DNA of 24,000 nt, from the NCBI GenBank assembly GCA_013375475.1, contig JABXKD010000028.1, positions 17,174 through 41,173 on the forward strand. Direction: 5' to 3'. The notes beneath the pieces are model-generated. The model did not search any database. It had not been told where the DNA came from and saw only the letters and a program-made list of their open reading frames with translations. Position 1 is the stretch's first letter, and every line of letters begins with the position of its first letter. This DNA comes from Promethearchaeota archaeon. GTDB lineage: Archaea; Asgardarchaeota; Lokiarchaeia; Sigyniarchaeales; SOKP01. This document shows, one piece after another, positions 15,222 through 22,997 of the stretch. The position numbers and the translations under genes were made by a program.

Positions 15222-16013
15222 ATGGATGATAAAGAAGTTGGTAAATATTGGGATGAAAATGCAGAGAATTGGATTAAACTTGCTCGATTAGGATATGATA
15301 AATGTCGAGACTTAATCAACTCTCCAGCTTTTTTTAAAATGCTCCCAGACATAGTAAATTTAAAAGGTTTAGATATTGGATGCGGGGAGGGGTATAATAC
15401 GAGAATTGCGGCAAAAAAAGGAGCTAAAATAACAGCTATCGATATTTCGGAAGTATTTATTACTTCAGCAAAAGAAAGTGAAAAGCAAGAACCTTTAGGA
15501 ATTAAATATCAGGTTGCCAGTGCTATAGAGCTTCCATTCCCAGACGAATCTTTTGATTTTGCTATAGCTACAATGAGTTTAATGGATATTGCGGACACTG
15601 AAAAGGCATTATCTCAGGCCTTTAGAGTCATAAAACCTAACGGTTTCTTTCAATTTTCAATTAACCATCCGTGTTTTAAGATGACAGCCTTAAGTTGGGT
15701 TAGAAATGACGAAGGAAAGAGAACTGGTTTTATCGTATCAGACTACTTTAAACAATTTGAGGGTGAAATTGAAGAGTGGATATTTGGAGCTGCTCCAAAA
15801 GAAATGACAGAAAAAATGAGAAAGTTTAAGATTCCCCGGTTCAGAAGGATTCTATCAGATTGGCTCAATATGTTATTAGCGCAAGGTTTTGTTTTGGAGG
15901 AATTTTGTGAACCCTTTCCTGACGATGCAGTGGTAAAAAAATATCCCGGTGAGTATGGTAGCAGGATTATACCTTATTTTTTGATTATACGCTGTAGAAA
16001 GCCATATAAATAG
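15222..16013 (+). CDS. class I SAM-dependent methyltransferase (Methyltransf_11-like)
   Basis: Motif I LDIGCGEGYNT, an acidic post-I residue (ITAIDIS), and FDFAIATMSLMDI / IKPNGFFQFSINHP matching motifs II-III of small-molecule methyltransferases. Confidence 0.85.
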   Translation: MDDKEVGKYWDENAENWIKLARLGYDKCRDLINSPAFFKMLPDIVNLKGLDIGCGEGYNTRIAAKKGAKITAIDISEVFITSAKESEKQEPLGIKYQVASAIELPFPDESFDFAIATMSLMDIADTEKALSQAFRVIKPNGFFQFSINHPCFKMTALSWVRNDEGKRTGFIVSDYFKQFEGEIEEWIFGAAPKEMTEKMRKFKIPRFRRILSDWLNMLLAQGFVLEEFCEPFPDDAVVKKYPGEYGSRIIPYFLIIRCRKPYK

Positions 16014-16037
16014 TTTTTAGTGGTTTTAGGTTTAAGT

Positions 16038-16082
16038 TCGTGAAAGGTGGATTTCACGATCTTAAGTAATAAATTTTTTTTT
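16038..16082 (+). terminator. hairpin plus T9 run between convergent genes
   Basis: 8-bp stem TCGTGAAA (16038-16045) / TTTCACGA (16052-16059) with a 6-nt loop, followed by T9 at 16074-16082. It lies downstream of the 15222-16013 gene, and oligo-T is the archaeal termination signal. The 3' end of the convergent permease gene is 10 nt further on. Confidence 0.35.
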
Positions 16083-16091
16083 AAAAACTTA

Positions 16092-17789
16092 TTATAATCT
16101 TCCCGCTATTGGTATTGGTTCTTTTAAGCCATAATGTAGCGCAAAAAATCCTAACACTAAGATAAAGATTCCCATTCCTGGCCATAGAGTCGCCCACGGT
16201 GCAGGGAATAATTGAATTCTCGCATTATCTATGTCAGCAGCTAATTGAAACTCAGTAAAATGGCCAAATAGCAGAAAACCAACTGCTTCAAAGATCAATA
16301 TATTAACTCCTAGAAATAAAGGAATATACGTAATCAACTTCTTAACTGTCCTTTTTAAACTATAATCTCCCTTGCTTATAACGAGGGCAATTCCTGGTAT
16401 CACATAAGCTGACAACACACCAAATAGTCCCACTTCTCCAAAACCAAATATCCCAAAACTTAATAGAACCATGAGAAAACTTGGAATTATAAAAAGAATC
16501 ACCATTAATCCTAATATTATCTCTTTCACAATCCTATGTACCTTCGATAAATAACCCAATAATGTTCCAATCCCTAGACCGATACAAACAGTGAAAAGAC
16601 TTACTCTGAATGAAGTTGAGACACCATATACTAATAAAGCTAGGACATCACGACCAAATATAGTGGTTCCTAACGGATGAGACGGAGATGGTGGTTCGAA
16701 AGCATCAGGGTATATTCCTAATGCTTCTTGCGCAGATAATGGTGTGAATAATTGTGGAAAAACAGTAATTACAGTTATGAAAAATACAATTACTAATCCT
16801 AATATCGTTAATGGAGATTTCAAGCGATAAATCGTAAATTCTGTGAATTTTTGTCCTGAATTGAGAGAATAACGAGCACTTTCTTCCGCGATTTGTTCAG
16901 ATCTCCCAAAAAAGTTAGTGAATGCCCTTGATTTGCCTTTTTCTAGAATGAGGTTATAGATTGTGTAGGCTAAGTTTGAAAGAAATAAGATAAATATAAT
17001 AAGTAAAACTAGTACAGATATACCCGACCTTATTACCCAATAATCTGCAAACCTAAGTGCGTTTAATAACAATTTAAGGATTCCTGTTATATCAAAAATA
17101 ACTTCTAGTATAACGATACTTGGAATTAATATGCTAATATTAAATAAAGTATGAATACTATTTGACCAAATACTTCTTTCTTCTGGTAACTTCAAATAAT
17201 TAGATCGTACTTGTCGCGTAGTGAGGAATAATGTTAAAATAAACAAGATACACGAGGGTAAGAATAGACCTCCTATTGTTGGAAATAGTCCCATCTGAAA
17301 AGCTAAAGTGTATTGAAACCAAAAACCAATAAAAAGCATTGGCAATGAAATACCTAAAACAACAAAAATTTGGATCAAGATTTTTACAAATCTTTTTCTA
17401 ATTTTTATTGACAGAATACCAAGGAATATGCCAGCGGTTAACCCTAAGAAAAGTGGTAACAGAGGGAATCCGATACTAATTGGTATTCTTTCAACAAGAA
17501 GTTCAAATACCGGTTGGGTTCGAGCAATTGAAAATGATCTCCCTAAATTTCCTGTAAACAATTCGGCAACGTACCTGATGAATCGCATAAAAATAGGGTC
17601 GTTTAATCCTAATTGTTGTTTTGTTTGTTCATATACTGTCCAGTTGATAGGTCCTTCAGGTAAATAAGCTAAAACGGGGTCACCTGGAATATGAAGACTA
17701 AATGAAAAGATCACAATTAATCCTATAAGTATTGCCCCAATGGTAATTAGCGTTAATTTAATAATATTCCACTTTACAGAATTAGTCAT
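16092..17789 (-). CDS. fused OppB/DppB-like + OppC/DppC-like ABC-type peptide/nickel permease (single 565-aa polypeptide)
   Basis: The N-terminal half has OppB hallmarks (IIKLTLITIG..., HIPGDPVLAYL, FTGNLGRSF). The C-terminal half has OppC hallmarks (SHPLGTTIFGRDVLALLVYGVSTSFRVSL..., the PAPWATLWPGMGIFILVLGFFALHYGL tail). At least 11 hydrophobic segments. Confidence 0.8.
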   Translation of the reverse strand: MTNSVKWNIIKLTLITIGAILIGLIVIFSFSLHIPGDPVLAYLPEGPINWTVYEQTKQQLGLNDPIFMRFIRYVAELFTGNLGRSFSIARTQPVFELLVERIPISIGFPLLPLFLGLTAGIFLGILSIKIRKRFVKILIQIFVVLGISLPMLFIGFWFQYTLAFQMGLFPTIGGLFLPSCILFILTLFLTTRQVRSNYLKLPEERSIWSNSIHTLFNISILIPSIVILEVIFDITGILKLLLNALRFADYWVIRSGISVLVLLIIFILFLSNLAYTIYNLILEKGKSRAFTNFFGRSEQIAEESARYSLNSGQKFTEFTIYRLKSPLTILGLVIVFFITVITVFPQLFTPLSAQEALGIYPDAFEPPSPSHPLGTTIFGRDVLALLVYGVSTSFRVSLFTVCIGLGIGTLLGYLSKVHRIVKEIILGLMVILFIIPSFLMVLLSFGIFGFGEVGLFGVLSAYVIPGIALVISKGDYSLKRTVKKLITYIPLFLGVNILIFEAVGFLLFGHFTEFQLAADIDNARIQLFPAPWATLWPGMGIFILVLGFFALHYGLKEPIPIAGRL

Positions 17790-18013
17790 TTGATTTTGCC
17801 TTTTTTATAAAACTTGAAAAGTAATATTCATTAAGAAATAAGTTATTTAAAGGTTCTAGAACCATGACACCTCTTAACATATCCTTGTTAGACTTGATTA
17901 TCAAGAAAGTACATAAAAAACTTGACCATCAATATAAAAAGAAAAAAGAACATAAATACCTTCTAATCAATTATCTATTATAATCATTAAGGGTGATTTT
18001 TATCCTAAAAGCT

Positions 18014-18721
18014 ATGGAACCGTTTGGTCTGGCACTTAAAGACTATTGGGAAGGAAATCAATACGCGAAGGTAGTTTTTCATAGGGACGATGGGGTAGTC
18101 GACGATTATTTCGTAGAGCATTGCTTTCGAAAACCTGATGATTTTTCAGAAATAGAAAAAATTGCGGTAGAATTATGTATCGGTAGAGTTTTAGATATTG
18201 GTGCCGGAGTTGGACCTCATAGTTTACAACTTCAAAAAAATGGACTTGAAGTTTATGCTCTTGATGTTTCAGAAGAAGCCTGCAGAATTATGAAGAAAAG
18301 GGCTGTAAAACATGTGATGTGTTCAGATTTATACAGTTTACGAACAGAAAATTTTGATACAATATTACTTATGGGACGAGCAATTGGATTTGTCGAAGAT
18401 TTAGCAGGCATGGAAAAATTCCTCAATCACTGTGAAAAATTATTAAACTCCAAAGGAATAATACTTCTTGACTCGCTAGATGTGAGAACAACTTCTGTAC
18501 CAGAGCATCTCGCGTACCAAGAAAGAAGTAGAGAAATGGGAAGATATTTTGGTGAAGTGAGATTACAGATGGAATATAAAGGTCAACATGGGCAACCATT
18601 TAAACTCTTGCATATAGATCCTGATACTCTTAGAAATATTGCTACGGAATTAGATTGGAAATGTCAAATACTACATAAGGAAAACGATGGAGATTATTTG
18701 GCAAAAATATCTAAATTATAA
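18014..18721 (+). CDS. class I SAM-dependent methyltransferase, tandem paralogue 1
   Basis: MEPFGLALKDYWEG... with motif I VLDIGAGVGPHSLQL, the acidic residue in VYALDVS, then FDTILLMGRAIGFVEDL. ATG at 18014 is chosen because the paralogue begins at the same MEPFGLAL residues. Confidence 0.85.
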   Translation: MEPFGLALKDYWEGNQYAKVVFHRDDGVVDDYFVEHCFRKPDDFSEIEKIAVELCIGRVLDIGAGVGPHSLQLQKNGLEVYALDVSEEACRIMKKRAVKHVMCSDLYSLRTENFDTILLMGRAIGFVEDLAGMEKFLNHCEKLLNSKGIILLDSLDVRTTSVPEHLAYQERSREMGRYFGEVRLQMEYKGQHGQPFKLLHIDPDTLRNIATELDWKCQILHKENDGDYLAKISKL

Positions 18722-18754
18722 TGTACTTAGAAAATCGGAAATATTTGAAGATCT
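18716..18754 (-). pseudogene. relic copy of the last 12 codons + stop of the 19569-20420 gene
   Basis: The minus strand reads R-S-S-N-I-S-D-F-L-S-T-L-stop. The intact gene ends ...P-K-S-S-N-I-S-D-F-L-S-T-L-stop. No ORF lies upstream of the fragment. Confidence 0.6.
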
Positions 18755-18849
18755 AAGATCTATATTTGTAAAGAAATGAAAAAAAATAAATAAAATCCAA
18801 CCAAATGTTAAGTATAATCTCTATAGGGTGACTTTTAATGCAAAAAGCG

Positions 18850-19554
18850 ATGGAACCGTTTGGTTTAGCACTTAACGCTTATTGGGAAGGAAATAAATCT
18901 GCAAAAATCATATTTCATCGAGATGATGGAACAATCCGTGATTACCATGTTGATCATTGCTTTCGGAAACCTGAGGATTTTTCAGACTTAGAAAAACAGG
19001 CATTAGAAATGTGTTTCGGGAAAGTTTTAGATTTAGGTGCAGGCGTGGGACCACATAGTTTGCAACTCCAAGAAAAAGGACTTGAAGTATATGCTATGGA
19101 CATTTCAAAAGAAGCTTGTGAAATTATGGAAAAAAGAGGTGTATTAAATGTTCTATGTAGCGATATATATGGAATTCAAAAAGAAAACTTTGACACAATA
19201 TTACTTATGGGCCGAGTGATTGGATTTGTAGAAGATTTAGCTAGTATAGCAAAATTCTTTAATCATTGCGAGAATCTATTAAGTTCAAAAGGGATGATTC
19301 TTTTAGACTCCCTCGACGTAAGAGTATCTTCAGAACCAGATCATCTCGCATACCAGGAAAGAAATAAAACATTAGGAAGGTATATTGGAGTCGTTGGATT
19401 ACAGCTGGAGTATAATGGGCAATACAGCGAACCCTTTAAACTTTTGCATTTAGATCCTGATACACTTCACAGTATTGCTGAAGATACAGGTTGGAAATGT
19501 AAAATACTTCGTAGAGAAGAGAGTGGCGATTATTTAGCTAAAATCTCTAAGTAA
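18850..19554 (+). CDS. class I SAM-dependent methyltransferase, tandem paralogue 2
   Basis: Same architecture as 18014-18721. My hand alignment gives 162 identical residues of 234 aligned. Motif I is VLDLGAGVGPHSLQL. Followed by a T9 run at 19559-19567. Confidence 0.85.
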   Translation: MEPFGLALNAYWEGNKSAKIIFHRDDGTIRDYHVDHCFRKPEDFSDLEKQALEMCFGKVLDLGAGVGPHSLQLQEKGLEVYAMDISKEACEIMEKRGVLNVLCSDIYGIQKENFDTILLMGRVIGFVEDLASIAKFFNHCENLLSSKGMILLDSLDVRVSSEPDHLAYQERNKTLGRYIGVVGLQLEYNGQYSEPFKLLHLDPDTLHSIAEDTGWKCKILRREESGDYLAKISK

Positions 19555-19568
19555 AGAGTTTTTTTTTA

Positions 19569-20420
19569 TTATAACGTACTTAGAAAATCAGAAATATTTG
19601 AAGATTTAGGAACTTCTACTCCGAAATAATTCTCAACGATAGTATAAAGGAAATCGAGGTATGGTAACTGGATGTTTACATAGTGATTAGCTGCTATAAC
19701 TTCAATAACATTCTTAGAATAGATTTTTTCCTTCTTCTTTAAATTATTAACTATATCTACAATCGTTCGCGATAAATCATATGCTTTTTGAAGCCCATTT
19801 TGTAAGTAAATTAAGCTAGGTTTTGGTTCGTATTCTCCTAAAAATTTCCGAACTAAGGATCTTTCGATACCTAATGTTTTTGGATTAAGGATATTATCGC
19901 TGTCTTTAATAATACGATTACCCTGTAATATGATTGTATCTTTAAAATTTTTCATGTCGTATTGTTCGCCAGAAATTACAAGAATTTCAGTTTCAAAAGA
20001 ATTAAGCGTTATATATTCGATAAATCTGTAAACTTGATCAACCATATACGACTGATCAAAAATTAAATTAATCTTTTTCTTATACAAAATTGCTCTAATT
20101 ACGTGAGTAAGTAAAGAAGCCGTTAAATTAAGTTTTATAAGACCAACATCAATTGATTCCAATTGCTCAGATACATCCGGTGTAATAATTTGTTCGGGAA
20201 CAATATCTGGAAGTTCTAATTGAAAATCTGCTATAAAGGTGTCCCTTACGGCAAGATTTTTATCTATATATGCAACGAAAGAATGTTCGCAAGCGACTCC
20301 CTCCAGAATATTAACTGCAAACACACCTCTAGCTGCTTTTTGTACGTCCTCTTCCGAAACCTCAATATATCCTCTACTTGAACAAGAAGGACATCGCACT
20401 TCGAGCTTTTTCATATCCAA
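19569..20420 (-). CDS. hypothetical protein with N-terminal CPxC...CxH zinc-ribbon-like motif (283 aa)
   Basis: Long ORF with coding-like composition, starting MDMKKLEVRCPSCSSRGYIEVSEEDV...GVACEHSF. I recognise nothing in the remaining ~220 aa. Confidence 0.6.
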   Translation of the reverse strand: MDMKKLEVRCPSCSSRGYIEVSEEDVQKAARGVFAVNILEGVACEHSFVAYIDKNLAVRDTFIADFQLELPDIVPEQIITPDVSEQLESIDVGLIKLNLTASLLTHVIRAILYKKKINLIFDQSYMVDQVYRFIEYITLNSFETEILVISGEQYDMKNFKDTIILQGNRIIKDSDNILNPKTLGIERSLVRKFLGEYEPKPSLIYLQNGLQKAYDLSRTIVDIVNNLKKKEKIYSKNVIEVIAANHYVNIQLPYLDFLYTIVENYFGVEVPKSSNISDFLSTL

Positions 20421-20575
20421 AATAGGTAACTAGAATTTTTTGGGTGACAAATATCTATATCTGTAAACTATAATAATTTCTTAATCACGGTATTATTTAA
20501 ATTTTAATCGAGTGATTAAATAATAATAATAACTAAGACTTATACATCTATGTGTAGAATTAAGTTAAAAATATC

Positions 20576-21055
20576 TTAGAATTTTTGGATTTTTGCATAT
20601 TTTTTCTCAATAAAGTTAGCTACCAGAAGAGAAATCAAAGTTGCCACATTCTCAGCTATCAAAAAAGCTATGACATTATCTAAAAAAGTTATACATATAC
20701 CATATGCGGTAAAAAATGCTGCAGTAAATATGGGAAAAACGATAACTACTGGTCGTACAACTGGAAATTGTAAGAAATTTCTTAATTTTGAACCTGTTTG
20801 TCTTGATTTTTGAAATTGAGTTCTCAGCTTTTTTCTTTTCTCGACTTGTACAAAAGATTCAAAAATAAGTACAACACCAAAAAATAAGGCAATTGTTGCT
20901 CCAACAGGGATCAAAATTACGACAATGTAATTACCTACTCCTAAAAAATATTGAGCTATGAATACAAAAAGCGTTTGAAACAATCCACAAACTCCAAATA
21001 GCATTAAAGCGATCGGTAAATATTCCTTTGAGGTCCATCGAAATCTTATCGGCAT
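20576..21055 (-). CDS. hypothetical integral membrane protein (~159 aa, about 4 TM segments)
   Basis: The track ORF 20576-21118 runs into the tRNA-Val gene. I trimmed it to the first ATG outside the tRNA (MPIRFRWTSKEY...). It has four long hydrophobic stretches separated by a basic loop (EKRKKLRTQFQKSRQTGSKLR). Confidence 0.55.
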   Translation of the reverse strand: MPIRFRWTSKEYLPIALMLFGVCGLFQTLFVFIAQYFLGVGNYIVVILIPVGATIALFFGVVLIFESFVQVEKRKKLRTQFQKSRQTGSKLRNFLQFPVVRPVVIVFPIFTAAFFTAYGICITFLDNVIAFLIAENVATLISLLVANFIEKKYAKIQKF

Positions 21056-21078
21056 TATAATCCGTGTATTTTGTAATT

Positions 21079-21155
21079 TGGTGGGCCCGGCGCGAATTGA
21101 ACGCACGACCTTCTCCACGTCAAGGAGACGTCATACCAGGCTAGACCACGGGCCC
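21079..21155 (-). tRNA. tRNA-Val (anticodon GAC) with genomically encoded 3' CCA, no intron
   Basis: Minus strand reads GGGCCCG-UG-GUCU-AGCCUGGUA-UGAC-G-UCUCC-UUGACGU-GGAGA-AGGUC-GUGCG-UUCAAUU-CGCGC-CGGGCCC-A-CCA. All stems pair except a U13-U22 mismatch. GC-rich island in AT-rich DNA. Confidence 0.95.
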
Positions 21156-21319
21156 AAAAAATTTATTCCCTAATTTTAGTTTAAAATACTAAAACTTGAG
21201 ATAAATAATTTATATTATTAAAAAATAAATATTTTATTAGTTTTATCGTGGAAGATCATAACTGTTTATTTTCTTCTCAAAAAAATTTGTTTTTAAAAAA
21301 TTTAAAAGAAAGTATTTTT

Positions 21320-22561
21320 CTAACTAGAAAGGGCTTGCTGAAATAATAACTCTGATTCCTCTAAGAGTATCTTGTTAATTTCTGGTATGTAAATATTGAG
21401 TAGTGATTCGTCCAATAAAAGAGCTGAACCTCGATTAAACGTTACAAATACGCCAACTGTGTGTCCTGATGAATTTTTAAAAAACATATTTGAACTGAAA
21501 CCCGGAGTTGCTCCACCATGACCTTTATATCCTCCTCCGTAGAGAAACCATCCATAACCATAACCCTCAATATCAAATCCTTCCGTTGAAGTTCCTGTTA
21601 AGGGTTCGTGGTTAGAGTGCATTAATCCAATAGATTCTGGTTTTAAAATTTGAATCCCTTTACACTTTCCGTTGTTCATAAACATTGTTAAATATTTTGC
21701 CATATCTGGTATGGTGCTTCGTATTGCACCAGCTCCAGTAACATTGATATTATAAAGAGGTAATTCGATGAGTGAATTATTCCACTCGTACGGAATAGCG
21801 TTGCTACTGAGAAAATCTTCGTAATAATAGCTACTTCTGTTCATATTAAGCGGATCAAAAATGTTTTCTTGAACATAATCCATTATACTTTGATTTGTTA
21901 TTTCCTCAACTAAATACCCAAGTAATTGATACCCTGCATTAGAATAAAGGAAAGTTGACCCTGGTCGTGATTGCCAATTATGATCGTTATAGTATTCGCC
22001 TATTGGGTTAAGGCTTTCATTTAAGAATTGCTCTAAAGTAGGTCGATCCTCCCATATTATAATATCCCATTCTAAATTTTCGTTGATCCAAGTAATCGTT
22101 TTGTTGTCAAGATAATATTCAAGAGACCAAAAAAGGTTACCTGGCAAGCCTGCTGTGTGTGTAAGGACCATTTCAATTGTAACATCCCAACCAGGATAAT
22201 CTGGATGCCTCACATTGAAAGGGAGATAATCGTCGATATTATCGTTCAAATCAAGTGAACCGTTTTCATAAAGTTGTAGTATTGCGGTTGCAGTAAAAGA
22301 TTTAGTAATTGAACCAATCATATATACTGTGTTTAAATCTGGTTGGTCACCAAACCCTTGAGCCCAAGTAACGCTATCATTAATAACGATACAAGCTCCT
22401 AAGGAAGGAATTTGAGCGTTGGTCATCCAGCTCTGAATTTTTGATTCTAAACTCTCGTTTTGAAGATTGATTACGATAAAAAATGTTATAATACCTGCAC
22501 TAGCAATAGTAGGTACTAAAATTATAAGGATAAGTAATTTTTTACTAATCTTTGGAGACAT
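21320..22561 (-). CDS. beta-lactamase-fold serine hydrolase (class C / PBP4*-like esterase family) with N-terminal membrane anchor
   Basis: N-terminal hydrophobic helix (LLILIILVPTIASAGIITFFIVI). S-x-x-K nucleophile motif MIGSITKSFTA, Y-x-N motif LYSNAGYQLLG, and HGG in place of KTG (KGHGGATPGF). Confidence 0.85.
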   Translation of the reverse strand: MSPKISKKLLILIILVPTIASAGIITFFIVINLQNESLESKIQSWMTNAQIPSLGACIVINDSVTWAQGFGDQPDLNTVYMIGSITKSFTATAILQLYENGSLDLNDNIDDYLPFNVRHPDYPGWDVTIEMVLTHTAGLPGNLFWSLEYYLDNKTITWINENLEWDIIIWEDRPTLEQFLNESLNPIGEYYNDHNWQSRPGSTFLYSNAGYQLLGYLVEEITNQSIMDYVQENIFDPLNMNRSSYYYEDFLSSNAIPYEWNNSLIELPLYNINVTGAGAIRSTIPDMAKYLTMFMNNGKCKGIQILKPESIGLMHSNHEPLTGTSTEGFDIEGYGYGWFLYGGGYKGHGGATPGFSSNMFFKNSSGHTVGVFVTFNRGSALLLDESLLNIYIPEINKILLEESELLFQQALSS

Positions 22562-22661
22562 TCTTGTTCTGCTATTGATTTATGATTTAATTATAATTTT
22601 AGGTCTCTGTCCTAATAAATATTATCTTAAAATTAGAGATATTCAAATAAGATGCAATCAA

Positions 22662-22949
22662 TTAAGGACAAAATTGTGGTTCTTTTTGGAAAGATATCCA
22701 TTTCTTTACACCATATTCTTTCATTTTTTTCATGTTCTCTACTGTTCGTTTATGATGATCGTGCCCGTTGTTAGCAAATTTATCTAAAATATCGCAAATG
22801 AAATCTGGACATTCAAAACAATATGCGACATTCCTTTCCGAAGCGCAAGATCTCATTTTGCAATCATCTGACCAACATTTATGAGTGGGACCTCTACACT
22901 TCTCGCAACTAATGGTTTGTAATAAAGAAAGTGGAAAAAAATATACCAA
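22662..22949 (-). CDS. cysteine-rich putative metal-binding protein, DUF3795-like
   Basis: CEKCRGPTHKCWSDDCKMRSCASERNVAYCFECPDFICDILDKF...NMKKMKEYGVKKWI fits the Cys spacing and the C-terminal helical tail I associate with DUF3795. TTG is the only available start. The family name is from memory. Confidence 0.55.
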   Translation of the reverse strand: MVYFFPLSLLQTISCEKCRGPTHKCWSDDCKMRSCASERNVAYCFECPDFICDILDKFANNGHDHHKRTVENMKKMKEYGVKKWISFQKEPQFCP

Positions 22950-22997
22950 AATGTGAGTTTTGAATCATAAAAAAAATAAAAAAATAAAAAGATCTTT

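Larger units (their letters stand above)
17979..19613. repeat. tandem segmental duplication (two units of about 0.8 kb), each carrying a methyltransferase gene plus about 40 nt of the 3' end of the convergent neighbour
   Basis: Unit 1 is ~17979-18760 and unit 2 ~18813-19613. Similarity starts at TATAATC about 36 nt upstream of each ATGGAACCGTTTGG start (17979 and 18813). It ends after GTACTTAGAAAATC(G/A)GAAATATTTGAAGAT (from 18723 and 19576). Confidence 0.8.

Noticed and set aside
21056-21118. N-terminal 21 codons of track ORF 20576-21118 (MEKVVRSIRAGPTKLQNTRII).
   Set aside because: These codons overlap the 3' part of a well-formed tRNA-Val gene (21079-21155) on the same strand. The GC-rich sequence coding for ...RAGPTK is simply the tRNA read as protein. 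I trimmed the CDS to the ATG at 21055.
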